64,000 nucleotides of DNA from Octopus bimaculoides (lineage: Eukaryota): assembly GCF_001194135.2 (NCBI RefSeq), contig NC_068995.1, positions 54,894,812-54,958,811 on the forward strand, written 5' to 3'. The notes under the pieces were generated by a model that saw only the letters and a list, made by a program, of their open reading frames with translations, searched no databases and had not been told where the DNA came from. The translations under genes were made by a program, and so were the position numbers. Shown here one piece after another: positions 15,340-29,044 of this stretch (the first letter of the stretch is position 1; each line of letters starts with the position of its first letter).

Positions 15340-15740
15340 AGAGATAGTGAAAAGTATCACTTTTGTTATACTGCAAAATAATTCTGCATCTAAAGATGCG
15401 ATATTGGGAGCCAACTGGCAAATAGTGCACTGATGTCACTCGGCACAATTACCAGAAATGTCTGACAAATTTATTAGATTACCATGCGATACTCTGCTTG
15501 CACATTCGTCAGAAGAGGCACCTATGCGATATCATTTTTCCCGTGGACTCTATTCACAATACTGCACGGAAGGTTTTTCATTAGAAATGGTTGTAGGATT
15601 GGCTTAAGGTAAGTTCGAGCCTGGTTATTTGTATCACGATAAAAGAGGAAGATATATGGACTACTCCAAAGATAATCGTGCCTACTCATGCAGCGACATG
15701 GCAATGCAACTGGATCATATGTAGAGCTTTCCAAATATGC
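15340..15740 (+). mobile_element. Possible decayed RTE-type LINE C-terminal remnant
   Basis: Locally higher GC. Fragments DIGSQLANSA, TLL and LLMQR...DHM loosely resemble the RTE motifs DEIxxRIxKA, STLLYG and LLxQRxLRWxGHV. Many stops. Confidence 0.2.
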
Positions 15741-15844
15741 ATCTTATTTTACATTAAACCCTTCATACGAAACATTGTCAATTAAGTCATATGGTCGCGA
15801 TATTATATGTATAGAAAATATTGGTTTAAAACTTTGACAAATGA

Positions 15845-15944
15845 GCGGGAAGAATTAACACGATTTCATCGACCTCAGTGCTCAACTGTTACTTATTTTA
15901 ACGACCCCGAATGGATGAAAGGCAAAGTCAACTTGGGAAGATTT
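15845..15944 (-). mobile_element. SINE family A 3' half
   Basis: TCGACCTCAGTGCTCAACTGTTACTTATTTTAACGACCCCGAATGGATGAAAGGCAAAGTCAAC matches 13600-13670. Confidence 0.75.
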
Positions 15945-17289
15945 ATGTAGGAAATATTATTATTTGGAAAGGTGTTTGCACACTGATACTCTATTCAAAC
16001 AGATAAATTAAATACAAGTGAACTATCGCCCATAAAACTTGTAAGAAGACATTTAATATAGAATCCAATTGCCCTTTTCCCATCAATCAGAATTTTGCAC
16101 CTTTCACTGATATTAGGTATCGATATAAATTCTTAATTCCACTACATCTAGATATATGAAACATTCATTATATGGTCATTCAACCTACTTGTAATAATGA
16201 CCCGCTTGAAATAAAATCCTACTAACAATAACGTTCAAATATTTCTTAAGAGCACACTAGTCCTGTAAAAGAATAGACCCGCTGGGAAACGTGAGCGAGA
16301 TGGTTCGGCTGGCTGCAACGCCTCGGATCATTGGTCATCAAATGGACAACAATATAAAAGTTGCCAACGGGTGACAAAATTGTTAGGGCTTTATATTCAA
16401 AATACACTTCAAGTCTTACTATATTTAATATTATATTTGTGTTCAGGGTTTATGAATTATATGAGAAATAATTGTGAGGTGTATCTAGTCAGTCATAGCA
16501 TTTTTCAAAGAAGAAAACTTAATTTTGTGCCCGAAGAGTAGAATCAATGGAACTATCCGAACATGTTACTATTTTCGCTCAAGTATGACAAGAATTGTAT
16601 ATGTCTAGACATACTGAATCATACATACTTTTGAGAGACATTAGTCCACATTTGCAGCATAGTTACATAGTATATTATAAACTGAAGTAATTAAGAGATC
16701 GATATATTATTCGTAATTTCTAATCGACTGTAAATCTTTTCATATGATTCGAATTATTTTCAAAAGAAAATAATTATGGAATTTCATATCTATTCATATC
16801 TAAATATTTGAGAACGTTTGAAATTACTGTCTGAATTACGAGTTATAGAATTGTTTAATGTAAACAGCAATGAATATTCAAAATTAATAATTTCTCTTAG
16901 GCTTTTATATGAAATCGAAATGAAAGTACAAAAACAGTATATCACTGAGTAAAGTTAATGGATATTTTAAAAAGACGACAAAATCCTTAATGCTAAGTAT
17001 TTGTATGTGTATTTGTTTGTAAAAGTGTTTGTATTACTGAACATTATGAATTTATTCCTAATTAGTCTATATTTATGTCTTTCAACTTCAGGCATTTCTG
17101 AAAAATGCATTGTCGTTGTTACAAAACAAACGACAGACAACATACACACACACAGTAAACACAACAAGCGCCACAATGCAACATACACATGTAAGCATGT
17201 TGTCATTTTTTTTTATGAGAGGCTTCGTGTATATATATAAGAGTGTATGTGTGTATATGTGTGTCTGTGAATGTGTTAATGTGTGTGTA

Positions 17290-17335
<46 letters not shown>

Positions 17336-17955
17336 TGAGTGTGTGTGTGTATGTGTCTGCTTGCATATTTGTATGTGTATATACGTAATTGTATGTTTGG
17401 GTGTGTATATGTTTCCGAAGTTTTGTACGTTTTATAGAAACTATTGAAAAGGAGATACGACAATATTAAAGAAATCGTTCTTTTCTTACGCATTAATATC
17501 CAAACATCAGTAGTTGTTGTCCAATAGGATGATAAATAAACAGTAAATCTCGGGAGACATCAATACAGTCTCATTTAGAAGCAGGCATTATTGATAGTAA
17601 GAAATATTTCTTTACAATTCACCATTGAATTTTAACTGATCTGAGAGGAAAACAGTGTATTAAATAATTAATTTATCTTTGTTTCCAAATAAATCCGTGG
17701 AGATAGGATCATAATTGAAATTATAAGAATTCTGCAATAGATTGTCTCAATTCATAATATTATAAAGTAATTAAATCTTGCATTGTAATAACTCTGTTTA
17801 CATGAATCTTTCCTGAAATGTATTTAGATTTAATTAGTTGAATGAATGTTACATAACATTTGATATTAATTCTGAGTGACTATAATTCTTCAAAAGTACA
17901 CATACACACACTGGTACCCAGACACATATACATATAAATATCGAAATACAGCATT

Positions 17956-17992
<37 letters not shown>

Positions 17993-18589
17993 TTCATGAA
18001 GTAATTGCAACATTTTTGTCAGTACTTTAATTTACAATTTAACCTGCTTCTAACCCTAAATGCAATTATGAAGAGGGACCTAGGAAATATTATGCGAGAA
18101 CCTATCTTTAGCTGCTCATTAAGACAAGTATGAAAGAGTTTGTTTCCATACCATGTATAATCTTGAAAACGCACTTTCATAATATAAGTGTCAATCTTTG
18201 TATATCTAAATAGTTAATACCACAGACTGAATGTTTAGCACCAAATTTTAAACAGTATAAGGGTTACTGGCATATTGGACCTAGACGCATTATATATATT
18301 ATTATGTTCACAGGCGCGTGCGCGCCTGTGTACAATATATTCATTATAATCTAAATTTTATTTAATGTTCGCAGGCGAAACATCTCTTTTCTCCCATTGT
18401 CCATGCTCTTCTGGTTTACATAACTGAGATTCATTTATTTGTATCATTTCATGATGTCTTGTTCCCGTCTGTTTCTAATTTTCTCAATTATTATTCTCAC
18501 AGTCGATTCAATATCATATCACTAAACCACACATCTAACCAGTTGGAATAATGATATATATATATATATATATAAAGAGAGAGGGAGAG

Positions 18590-18680
18590 AAAGTTGAAAT
18601 TTATAGAAAAACAAATGACGAAGACAGGTGTATGAACAATAATCGAGTGTTTTAGATTGACGCTTGTGAAAAATGAAAAA
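18590..18680 (-). repeat. Interspersed repeat, inverted copy of the family at 31456-31585
   Basis: GACGAAGACAGGTGTATGAACAA (18618-18640) is the reverse complement, with one mismatch, of TTGTTCATACAACTGTCTTCGTC at ~31538-31560. Confidence 0.6.
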
Positions 18681-19270
18681 GGCATGTACGTAACTGGCGT
18701 GCGCGCAATCCGATCTGTTTAGGCGATGGTGATTATTTTTTCTATACGTTTGAATGCTTTTAAGCAATTAACACTTGATACAATATGACATTTACTAGCA
18801 GACAACTTTCCAGTCACAAGCAACAAGTAGTGTGAGCTAAGAATTTCTAGAAAGCAGGAACAGTTATCTAATCAGTGTTTGTATAACGAGTAAATGGTTA
18901 TCTTGTAAACGTCTCACACATACGCGTAATTGTAACACATGCGATGTTTACAGGATGAACAGAATTTGATCATTTGCAAAGCCCCATCGCTTAATTTTGT
19001 ACCTTGGCGGTTACTTAAAAATAGGGATATTATTAATAGATATAGCAGAACCGTTATTAAATTGGACAGATTTCATAGTAGCACTTCTTTTGGCTGCAGA
19101 TTGTGAGTTGAAACACTTCCGTCATCGTCGTTTGCTTTTCATTCATTCGGATTTGATAAAATAAGTACTAGTTAAGCAGAGGGTTCGATTTTATTGATCA
19201 TCCCCTCTTCTTTAAACTTTCAGGTTGTGTGCTGAGACTGGAAAGGATATTTTCAATAAATATACATGCA

Positions 19271-19457
19271 ACGGTGAGCTGACAACCCTTAGCACGCCGA
19301 ACAAAATGTTTGAAATTCTGAGTTCAAAATCCGCTGATGTCTTTCATAATTTCTGAGTGGATAAAAGAAGTACTAATATAGTACTTAGGTCGATGTAATC
19401 AACTTCCCACTCCCTTCAAAACTGTTTGCTCGTTACCAAAATTCGAAGCAAGTATTA
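19271..19457 (+). mobile_element. SINE family A copy with internal deletions
   Basis: CGGTGAGCTGACAACCCTTAGCACGCCGAACAAAATG...TTCTGAGTTCAAAATCCGC...GGTCGATGTAATCAACTTCCC. Confidence 0.7.
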
Positions 19458-20404
19458 GTTAATATGTAATTAGTGTTGTGGGTATGCGAAATCTGTTGAT
19501 TTTGCAAAATTTGTTGAACGTCGGAAAGAATCCTTTTCCGAATTTTTCGGGAATTCTTTTACTTGAATAACTGAATAATTCTTGAAGCTAACATCGATTT
19601 TGTCACTTAGATGTTTCAGTTGATTACATCTAATGCCTCCTTACTCCAATTTCATTATAATCTTTGTGGCATGTCACAACCATTATTAATAGACATTAAA
19701 TTTCCAGTCTCCGAAATTTCAGACACACTGATTTAGTGATGCCGTAGATAAAAAAAAACATTGAATAAAGTACAGCATTTGGAAAAGACCACATCAACGT
19801 ATACAGGCGAAAGCCTCCTTACAAGCATATATCCCCAAAGATATATCTTTACAAAAAGCTGAAATATATATTTGTATATCTTAAATTATTCATGTTATAT
19901 TTTATATTTTATTTCAAGCGGTATATATTTTCGTCGATTAATATCATCTGTGAAATCAATTGATTTTTAACCAAAAAATGTACTCAGTATTCACCAAGTA
20001 TTGATTTTGCTTACGCATATTTAACGTGCCTGTTTCTTATGAATTCTATTCGACTGCTTTTGGCCATGTAAGGATAAGGATGGTTTCTTATAACAATTTT
20101 TGTTAATACATAGTGTGATAGAATACACGAAATATATTTCTAATTTTATCATAAAGTCAACATTGCTCTGAGATACAATAAAATATAATCCGCCTACCTT
20201 ATCACGTGGATTTCCTAATGATCATATTATTGAAGTAAATATGAATTCTAGCCAGCAGCGCAATATGATCTTAAAAATTCTCCCTTCCTGCCTGTACAGT
20301 ATCCGATGTGTGAAATAACAATTTCCGCTTTACACGAAAATTTAGAAATGTCTTTATGTGTGTGTGTGTGTGTGTGGGTGGGTGTGTGTGTGTGNNNNNN
20401 NNNN

Positions 20405-20480
<76 letters not shown>

Positions 20481-21024
20481 TTCACTGAACTGATCACTCA
20501 GTAGAGCAAACCATTTATTGAGTTGGTATCTTACCATTATCGGAAATATCGCACCAATTACTACTGCAAATTTGCACCATTTTCATAAATGAAATACATT
20601 CATCTTCTAATCTGCATTTTCATTTCCTTACCCTCAAGCAATGCAAGAGAGACAATTATACTGAAATATATACGTGTATATATTCATTCAGGCGTGTACG
20701 CATATAGGGGCATGGTGACACGATCTGTGATCATACATAACCACTCACAACCAAAGCATACGTACGCATTTACACATAGACACGCACACATGCAAATATA
20801 TAATCGATATATAGACATACATATATGTGTATATGTCTGTGTGCACGCATGCGCGTAAGCACCCGTGTGTCTGCGTATCTTTATGCATATATCATCGTTG
20901 CGTAAAAGTTATCTCGTTTCCAGATTATAAAACTACGTCTCCTTTGTATACACACTTCAGTACAAACCCAGAGATTATAAGTGATTATGAGAGCATGTAC
21001 GAGTATAATTATGAGTGTAAAATA

Positions 21025-21175
21025 TGTGTGAGGTAAGTAGCTTGCTCACCAATCCCATGGTTTCGGGTTCAGTCCCACTGCGTAGCACCTTCGGGAAGTG
21101 TCTTCTGCTATATCCTTGGGCCGACCTAAGCATTTTGAGAGGATTTGGTAGACGGAAACTGAAAGAAGCCCATCA
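21025..21175 (+). mobile_element. tRNA-derived SINE (family B)
   Basis: GGTAAGTAGCTTGCT...GGGTTCAGTCCCACTGCGTAGCACCTT...GGATTTGGTAGACGGAAACTGAAAGAAGCCC followed by a (TG/TA) tail. Inverted copies lie at 27548 and 33563. Confidence 0.8.
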
Positions 21176-21299
21176 CAGGCGTATGTATATGTCTATTAAC
21201 ATGTGTGTGCGTGTGCGTGTATATGTATACATATTCACAAATAATATATTCTTTTGTGTGCTTTGTAAAACATCTAATTTCCATATATTTAGTTACTTC

Positions 21300-21334
<35 letters not shown>

Positions 21335-21544
21335 NNNNNNNNNNNNNNNNNNNNNNNNNNNNNNNNNNNNNNNNNNNNNNNNNNNNNNNNNNNNNNNNNN
21401 NNNNNNNNNNNNNNNNNNNNNNNNNNNNNNNNNNNNNNNNNNNNNNNNNNNNNNNNNNNNNNNNNNNNNNNNNATATATAGATAGATAGATAGATAGATA
21501 GACACAAATACATATATATATATATAGATTGACATACAGATAGA

Positions 21545-22020
21545 TATGTTTCTTTATTGGCCACACAACGCTGAACGCAGGGGGTACAAAATACAAAGTA
21601 GAGCTTTTAATTTTGGGAAGAGAAAAATGGCGGGTGGGTAGAAATTCGATCAAAAGAGATCGTGTTAAAGAAGGGGCAAGCCGATTAATAGGGATCATAG
21701 TGTAAAATGGGAAACAGACCACGGTAACATCGGGCAATATTGTCATGCAAAAAGCACATTGCAGTAAGTGACCCTCTTTTTCCTTTCTTTTTCTGGTTCA
21801 TAGTATTATGCTCAAGGTGGCTCCGTCATTCACACCTGCCATCCTTGCTGCCCTCTCTACTTCTAGTGATATTTGAAGAACTTGATGAGAGATTCACCAA
21901 AGAGGAAAGTGTTTGTCTCTAGACCTTTCTGACGCGTCCACCATACACATTCTTTAGCCATAGCCACAAGTACGATGAAAATGGCTCTTCCTACCCGTTT
22001 GAAGGAAGGAGGCGCGACAG
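21545..22020 (-). mobile_element. 3' end of an L1/Tx1-clade LINE (ORF2 C-terminus plus 3' UTR), 5'-truncated at a microsatellite
   Basis: Minus-strand translation APPSFKRVGRAIFIVLVAMAKECVWWTRQKGLETNTFLFGESLIKFFKYH resembles the Tx1/L1 ORF2 C-terminal K..+W..R motif region. A purine-rich UTR follows and ends near AATAAAG before a (TA/TAGA) microsatellite. Confidence 0.6.
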
Positions 22021-22044
22021 ATAGATAGATAAATAGATGAATCG

Positions 22045-22161
<117 letters not shown>

Positions 22162-23282
22162 GAGAGAAGATACATAGATACATGTGTGTAATCATGTCCC
22201 ATCACAGTTACGCATGTTCGATCTTATGCAACTATATTAGAAGAGCGCCAATAGCCTTAAAAGTGTAACAGTTACTGGATCAAGTATTACTTTATTATAC
22301 TAAAGTAGATTTCTACGATTATCGTTCTTACATTAGATATAAGTATCTGGTTTTACCAAAGCTGTTAACATTTTACGTAGCCATCGCATTTGTCATTCGT
22401 AATTCCTTAGCTGTTTAAACGCTCGTGGTTTAGTCTCTTGTATTCATATCTGCCGCATCAAATTATTTGAGCTTGATTCGCTCCATCGACAATTTGTAAT
22501 ATCATTATCATGAATATATATAGTATTTATATTGTGGAAGCAATTTCCATAGTACATACGATTATTAAAGTGTTGTGTTATCCTCAGACTGTTTGATACG
22601 GTACATCAGGTGAAGCTTCATTTGGCTTGTGACTACATTTTAAAAATGTTGTCAATGGTGGGCTTTCAATTTCAGTCAATTATGTTCTATTTAATAACGG
22701 TGGACATCTCGAAATATTTCAATTGCTGTTACCAATTCAATGATTCATGATGGTTTAATGCATCTGAAACATAATATTGTATATACCTCATCGATCACTT
22801 TGCTCATGAGACCAAACGTTTTCTGTTATATCGTCAACACCCTCAAAAAACATTGTTGATTTAGTAAGTATATTTTAATGTGTTAGGACGGCTACAATTC
22901 TTACGCTTTCATGGAAAACTAAAGAAAATCTTTTACAACTACAATTGACAATGATATGCTATTACTAACTCCGATACCGTGTTATTGCACGTATTTATAT
23001 TAGGACGCTCCATGTTTGTCTCTGCTAACATTAGTAAATCAAACACTAGTCGATGAGAAAATAAATAGCACGTTTCTATATGGCATTGAAATAGCCTACA
23101 TAGCTATAAAGCTGGAAGTCTATATTATGTCCAAAATTTCCCATTTCCTAATCTAATACTTTATATACATTAATAGTCATTAAAGTAATTTATTCACTAA
23201 TGTAGTTAGCTTTTGGTAACAAAATATGCTCCCTGCTGTATTATCGTTAATCTAGATTATATGAACATACACTAGCATGCAT

Positions 23283-23313
<31 letters not shown>

Positions 23314-23571
23314 CATACATACATACATACATACATACATAGAGAGGGAGAGGAATAGAGAGAAAAAAGAAAGAGAGGCAATAGATGAGATTCAGGTACG
23401 CTCAATGTAGTGTTCAAGTGATTAGAATCTACACTCCGAAAATTTTATCGAGGAATAAGAAACAGCTGGCTGACCTGAAATATTATACTCTCTCCCATTA
23501 GCATTCTGTATCTTTTGCATGCCTTATACATGAATGTTCATCTTTTGCTTCTCTCTCTCCCTCTTTGTGTA

Positions 23572-23608
<37 letters not shown>

Positions 23609-24104
23609 TATTTATACTATTATATGACTGAACGCCACTCATCCTTTTCTAAGTAAGTTTTATCATAGTAATTCTCATGCGCGCACTATACGACCTTTTT
23701 AATCTTTCGTTTTTCTCTTTTTTTTCTCTCTCTTAGTCTTTCATCTCCTCTTCTCCCAATATTCAATCCTATTACTCTGTCACGCTCTCTCCCTCATTCC
23801 TATCACCTTGCTCACGTGGCTTCAACGTGACCAGCGACCATCTTTCTTTTTCTAACTCCGTTGTAGCTGGAACAAGGAAGGCGTATTCTCGTTTCTCTCC
23901 TGTCCTAGCTTGATTTACGCGTTCTTTATATCGCTTGTTTTGTCTTGCATTTGTGTCTTTCGTTGTTCGAAAGAATGGGTGATGTTCCATGTACTCGTGC
24001 TTTGTACTTTTTTGTTGCATACGCTTCGTGACGTAATGTGCCCACATATGCATATATGTATATATACGTATAGATGTAACTATGTAAATATACTTATGTA
24101 TAAA

Positions 24105-24150
<46 letters not shown>

Positions 24151-24205
24151 NNNNNNNNNNNNNNNNNNNNNNNNNNNNNNNNNNNNNNNNNNNNNNNNNN
24201 NNNNN

Positions 24206-24237
<32 letters not shown>

Positions 24238-24343
24238 AACAAGCACCAGGCTTACGAAGAATAAGTCCAGGGATTGATTTCTTCGACCAAGAGGCAGTGC
24301 CCCATCATGGCGACATTGAGAATGACCGAATCAAGTAAAATAA
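24238..24343 (+). mobile_element. SINE 3' tail fragment (family C)
   Basis: GCACCAGGCTTACGAAGAATAAGTCCAGGGATTGATTTCTTCGAC...GGCAGTGCCCCATCATGG matches 27745-27850. Confidence 0.65.
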
Positions 24344-26104
24344 TAATGCGTGTGTTTTTATTGGCTCAACTGGCAATATGACCATCTCCAAATACAACAA
24401 CAGAATATATATATACACCAGCACATACACACACACACGTGCACATGCATGAGTACTTTACAGCATTACTACGACGGTGAGTGGTTGGAATTGTTACCAT
24501 GCAGGAGAAAATACAAATAAGTGCCATTTGACCACTAGTATTAATGGAATCAACTAACCATATTTCTAGCACCATATTGTTGGTCCTGTGCTTATATTAA
24601 AAAGAGAAAACAATATTGTTTTAGCGCTCATACATTAAGTAAAACTAGAAACGCATCATATTCGTCTCGAGTGGTACATCTTCATATCAAATCATTCACT
24701 TGAATTTGTTTGTATCATATTAACCCACTCGAATATTCATCTTTGATTCTTTCATACCCTTCTGAAAATGTGAAAGTAGTTTATAGTTAAAAAGTTTTAA
24801 AATAGTTCGTGCAAGTAATCTTATTAATCATAACATTAAACTTTTTTCTACATATATTGTTGCCGAGATTTTCTTGCTTTTAGAAAATCTCAAATCCTAA
24901 TATATATATATATATATATATATANNNNNNNNNNNNNNNNNNNNNNNNNNNNNNNNNNNNNNNNNNNNNNNNNNNNNNNNNNNNNNNNNNNNNNNNNNNN
25001 NNNNNNNNNNNNNNNNNNNNNNNNNNNNNNNNNNNNNNNNNNNNNNNNNNNNNNNNNNNNNNNNNNNNNNNNNNNNNNNNNNNNNNNNNNNNNNNNNNNN
25101 NNNNNNNNNNNNNNNNNNNNNNNNNNNNNNNNNNNNNNNNNNNNNNNNNNNNNNNNNNNNNNNNNNNNNNNNNNNNNNNNNNNNNNNNNNNNNNNNNNNN
25201 NNNNNNNNNNNNNNNNNNNNNNNNNNNNNNNNNNNNNNNNNNNNNNNNNNNNNNNNNNNNNNNNNNNNNNNNNNNNNNNNNNNNNNNNNNNNNNNNNNNN
25301 NNNNNNNNNNNNNNNNNNNNNNNNNNNNNNNNNNNNNNNNNNNNNNNNNNNNNNNNNNNNNNNNNNNNNNNNNNNNNNNNNNNNNNNNNNNNNNNNNNNN
25401 NNNNNNNNNNNNNNNNNNNNNNNNNNNNNNNNNNNNNNNNNNNNNNNNNNNNNNNNNNNNNNNNNNNNNNNNNNNNNNNNNNNNNNNNNNNNNNNNNNNN
25501 NNNNNNNNNNNNNNNNNNNNNNNNNNNNNNNNNNNNNNNNNNNNNNNNNNNNNNNNNNNNNNNNNNNNNNNNNNNNNNNNNNNNNNNNNNNNNNNNNNNN
25601 NNNNNNNNNNNNNNNNNNNNNNNNNNNNNNNNNNNNNNNNNNNNNNNNNNNNNNNTGTGTGTGTGTGTGTGTGTGTGTGTGTCCTTGCCTCGGTAAGGTT
25701 GAGAATGTGTAAATAAAAGAGACGGAGTAAAAGATAAACTTTTGAATCTGTTGATATATATGAAAGTTATTTCAAGAGCTTAGATCTAATTAGTGATAAA
25801 TTGACGTTTGCCATCAGTTAAATACGTACGCATACAAATAATCAAGCATCCATAGTATCCACAGAAATATTTTCACAAACGTTTACATAGGCACATCTAT
25901 ATATGCCTCTACATAACTATATGTTTTTCATGATATCATACGATTAGGAGCACATTCTAATTGTATACTGCGAGTTGAAAAACACTAGCATAAACTAGAA
26001 TAACGGTTGAACGTGATTAACTGTACATAGTTTTGCAGCATAATTGAAAGCGTAGCCTAATATCGTTCAAATTACAGTCGAGTGTGTAAAATAAACCGTA
26101 CTGC

Positions 26105-26300
26105 TTTAGCCAAAAAATTTGAGGGGAGTGGACAAGTCGATTACATGGAACTCAGTACGTAACTGGTACTTATTTCTTCGACCTCGCATGGATATAAGGC
26201 AAAGTCGACTTCGGCAGAATTTGAACACAGAACGTAAAGACAGGTGAAATACCGCTAAGCATTTCGCCCGGCGTGCTAAAGATTCTTCCAGCTCACCGCC
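26105..26300 (-). mobile_element. Near full-length SINE family A
   Basis: Collinear with 13541-13756 over its whole length. Head GGCGGTGAGCTGGAAGAATC, B-box-like GTGTTCAAATTC. Confidence 0.9.
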
Positions 26301-27102
26301 TTATAATAACAGTGTGTTAAATAATAAAAACTTTAACCTTAGAATAGCATAAAATGACATGCTAAACGTGGTAGGAATATTTTTGATGAAACTCTGTTCC
26401 CACGGTTTGCTTAAGCTTAAATTCCTAAGATTTAGTAAAATCTGTTGTACATCAGTGATAATGGGAATATAAATGAATCTATTACCATAAAAACCAGTTT
26501 CCAAAAATTACTAATTATCTAACCTTGTTATATTTCAAGTTGGCAAGTAGAGGTCTTGCGGTGTTTGATGGTCAACAGGAATTGAGTACGATTAAAATTA
26601 AACAAAATATTCTAGGACAAACATGTTCTCTACAAATTTTGGTTTCACAACATACAGATTGGTTACGTTTCTGCGCTTTTTTTAAATGGTTCCCAAAAAT
26701 TATTGTCCATCAACTTCTTAATTCATAACGATATATGACTGTATATGTGAAAGTGTGTCTGTCTGTGTCAATGCAATCAACTGAAATTACCATTCAAATA
26801 TTCATGTGACATTAATAGAAAATATGTCCGCCTCGGAAACGTTTCGAGAAAGTGAATTTGACAGCAAAATATCTGTCAGTTTTGATTCGTTAAATATGCC
26901 CATTTTAGTACGAAAATAGTTAGTTTGAGACACTTTATTATGACAAAATTGAATGTATATACGACTACATAGAATCGAGCATTCAAATACTGACACATGC
27001 ACGCACACACACACATTCACACACATTCACGCACACATATATACATATATGTATATTTGGATATATATACATATATATATATTCATAGATACACACACAT
27101 AT

Positions 27103-27195
27103 CTTATATCTTTTACTTGTTTTAGTCAATACAGATCGGCCATACTGGAGCCCCTCCTTGAATAATTTTTAATCGAATGAATTGACCCCGTATTT
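27103..27195 (-). mobile_element. SINE family C tail, inverted relative to 27745-27852
   Basis: TCTTTTACTTGTTTTAGTCAATACAGATCGGCCATACTGGAGC is approximately the reverse complement of GCTCCAGCATGGCC...GACTGAAACAAGT. Confidence 0.65.
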
Positions 27196-27344
27196 AAGCG
27201 GCGGTGGGGAAAACACAGACAAGTCTCATGCATACATCGCCCGCGCACGCACGCACACACACACACACGCACACACACACACGCACACACACACACTCAC
27301 ACACACACACACACACACATATACATTCCAAAATGTAACTACAT

Positions 27345-27500
27345 GTGTCTTTTCTCTTACACTTTCATATGTCTCCTGTTTCTGAAGGAGAGCTTGCCCG
27401 AAACGTAAAATGGCCGTTCTTTCTTTCTTTCTTTCTCTGACTGTCTTATTAATACCTCGCATGTATCACGTCCTCTTGTTGTTGTTTTGTTTTTGTTGTT
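27345..27500 (+). repeat. Penelope-like-element-type terminal repeat fragment with a degenerate minimal hammerhead motif
   Basis: TTT-CTGAAGG-A-GAGC-TT-GCCC-GAAA-CG-TA-AAA at 27379-27410. An inverted, more decayed copy is suggested at ~55335-55430. Confidence 0.4.
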
Positions 27501-27547
27501 CTTGTTTTCTCTGGTTTATTTTATTAATTATGTGTAAATATGTATAT

Positions 27548-27694
27548 GGTGGACTTTTCCCAGGTTTTGTCTACGAAATCAACTCAGAAGTGTTTGGTCG
27601 ACCACAGGCTATAGTTGAAGACATTTGTTCTATGTGCCACGCAGTGGAGCTTAACCCGTAATCATGTAGTTTGGATACAAACTCCTGGGCCACG
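27548..27694 (-). mobile_element. SINE family B copy
   Basis: Reverse complement of the 21025-21175 family (GTCTACGAAATC..., GTGCCACGCAGTGG). Confidence 0.75.
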
Positions 27695-27705
27695 AATATA
27701 TTCCT

Positions 27706-27852
27706 CTTGCTTCCCAACCACATAATTCCAGGTTCAAAAGCACCAGATTTGCAAAGAATAAGTCCAGGGACTGACTTCTTCTGCTAAAAGGCGGTGCTCC
27801 AGCATGGCCACTGTCAGTTGACTGAAACAAGTCAGAGAATAAAAGAATAAAA
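27706..27852 (+). mobile_element. SINE with a family B head joined to a family C tail
   Basis: The head CTTGCTTCCCAACCACATAATTCCAGGTTCAAA is followed directly by GCACCAG...GAATAAGTCCAGGG...GGCGGTGCTCCAGCATGGCC...GAATAAAAGAATAAAA. Confidence 0.7.
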
Positions 27853-28997
27853 TATGTTAGCAAATAGTCGAGTCTTATGAACAACTCTTTGTAATTATGT
27901 TTCATTTAAGAACAAGTCCTTGATCTGATGTATTTTAACAGTAGTAATTAAATAGCGGAAAGTAATAATCAAAAAATATCCAGTAGTTACTAATCTCAAA
28001 TCTTAGAATTGTGCTCTTATTTATCATCAATATAGCTACAACTCCTAAAACCCGAACTAAGCAAAACTACAAGGACCCGTGGTGAAATTTTATTGCTAAG
28101 AAAATTATTAGTCTGTGATTTGCTTAGCTGAGGTATTGGTCAAACTAAACTAGCTATGTTCTCTTATGTGCTGCAAGTAATCTCGTAAATTTCATTAAAA
28201 AATAACATTTATTGCAGATCGATGATTCGTTCTTCTTTTACATTTTTACTTATAAAATAATAAAAGCAACTTCACTTAATTTACACTTGATTCAATTTTG
28301 TTTTCTTTCTTTGACAACCTTTTAGAAATAAATTATATCAAAGATTCATTTATTATTTATTCATTTAGTTTATGACTTTTGTATTAATCGATTTGTGTAG
28401 AAGAAAGACAGAATTCGATAGGAAAAAAAATGTTATCAGTGATATATATTTTCTTTACGTAAATACAGGAAATCTTTAAGTTAGTTATAAATATATGGAA
28501 AAATAAACGACTTGCCTTAAACCGAAGATGAATACAAGAGTAAAGAAAAAGGAAATGAAAAATAAATATATCTGAACAACTTCTGGTATGATAAATTGAT
28601 TTAATATTGTTAATGGTTTTGATACGTTTTTTTTTCTTCTCAATTAGACAATTAATGGTTCCCACAAAGACGTACAACACTCACTGGATTGCCGCGAGTT
28701 CAACGCTAATCTACAGCATCGTAGATTATATGCTATTTTCCTTACTGTGCGGTAGATAGAGAAGATTCATTCAGCAGTCCACAAACTGTCTTATTACAGT
28801 TTCTATGCCTGAATTTTCTCATAATTTGGTAAATATGCATTCAATAAATTATCCAGATCATAATTCCTTTATCTCTTTAACATTGAAAATGCTGAATGCA
28901 GTACTACATGTTTGAAACATGCTTTTCATGCAATTACATGTAAGTAAAAAATACATCTAAAACGTCTTCAATTTTTATATATATACATCTATATCTG

Positions 28998-29044
<47 letters not shown>

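Noticed and set aside
17490-17640. Minus-strand exon-like segment with a good acceptor (ttttcctctcag) and donor (gtaaga)
   Set aside because: All three frames contain early stops. It could only be a non-coding exon, which cannot be shown without RNA data.
18309-18330. 10-bp palindrome CACAGGCGCG-TG-CGCGCCTGTG with an NRF1-like core
   Set aside because: CA/CG/TG junction palindromes are common in this microsatellite-rich sequence, and there is no promoter context.
23772-24030. Purine-rich minus-strand ORF tail (...EKERWSLVTLKPRE...)
   Set aside because: Possibly a LINE 3' relic, but there is no diagnostic motif, and the ORF starts in microsatellite and gap sequence.
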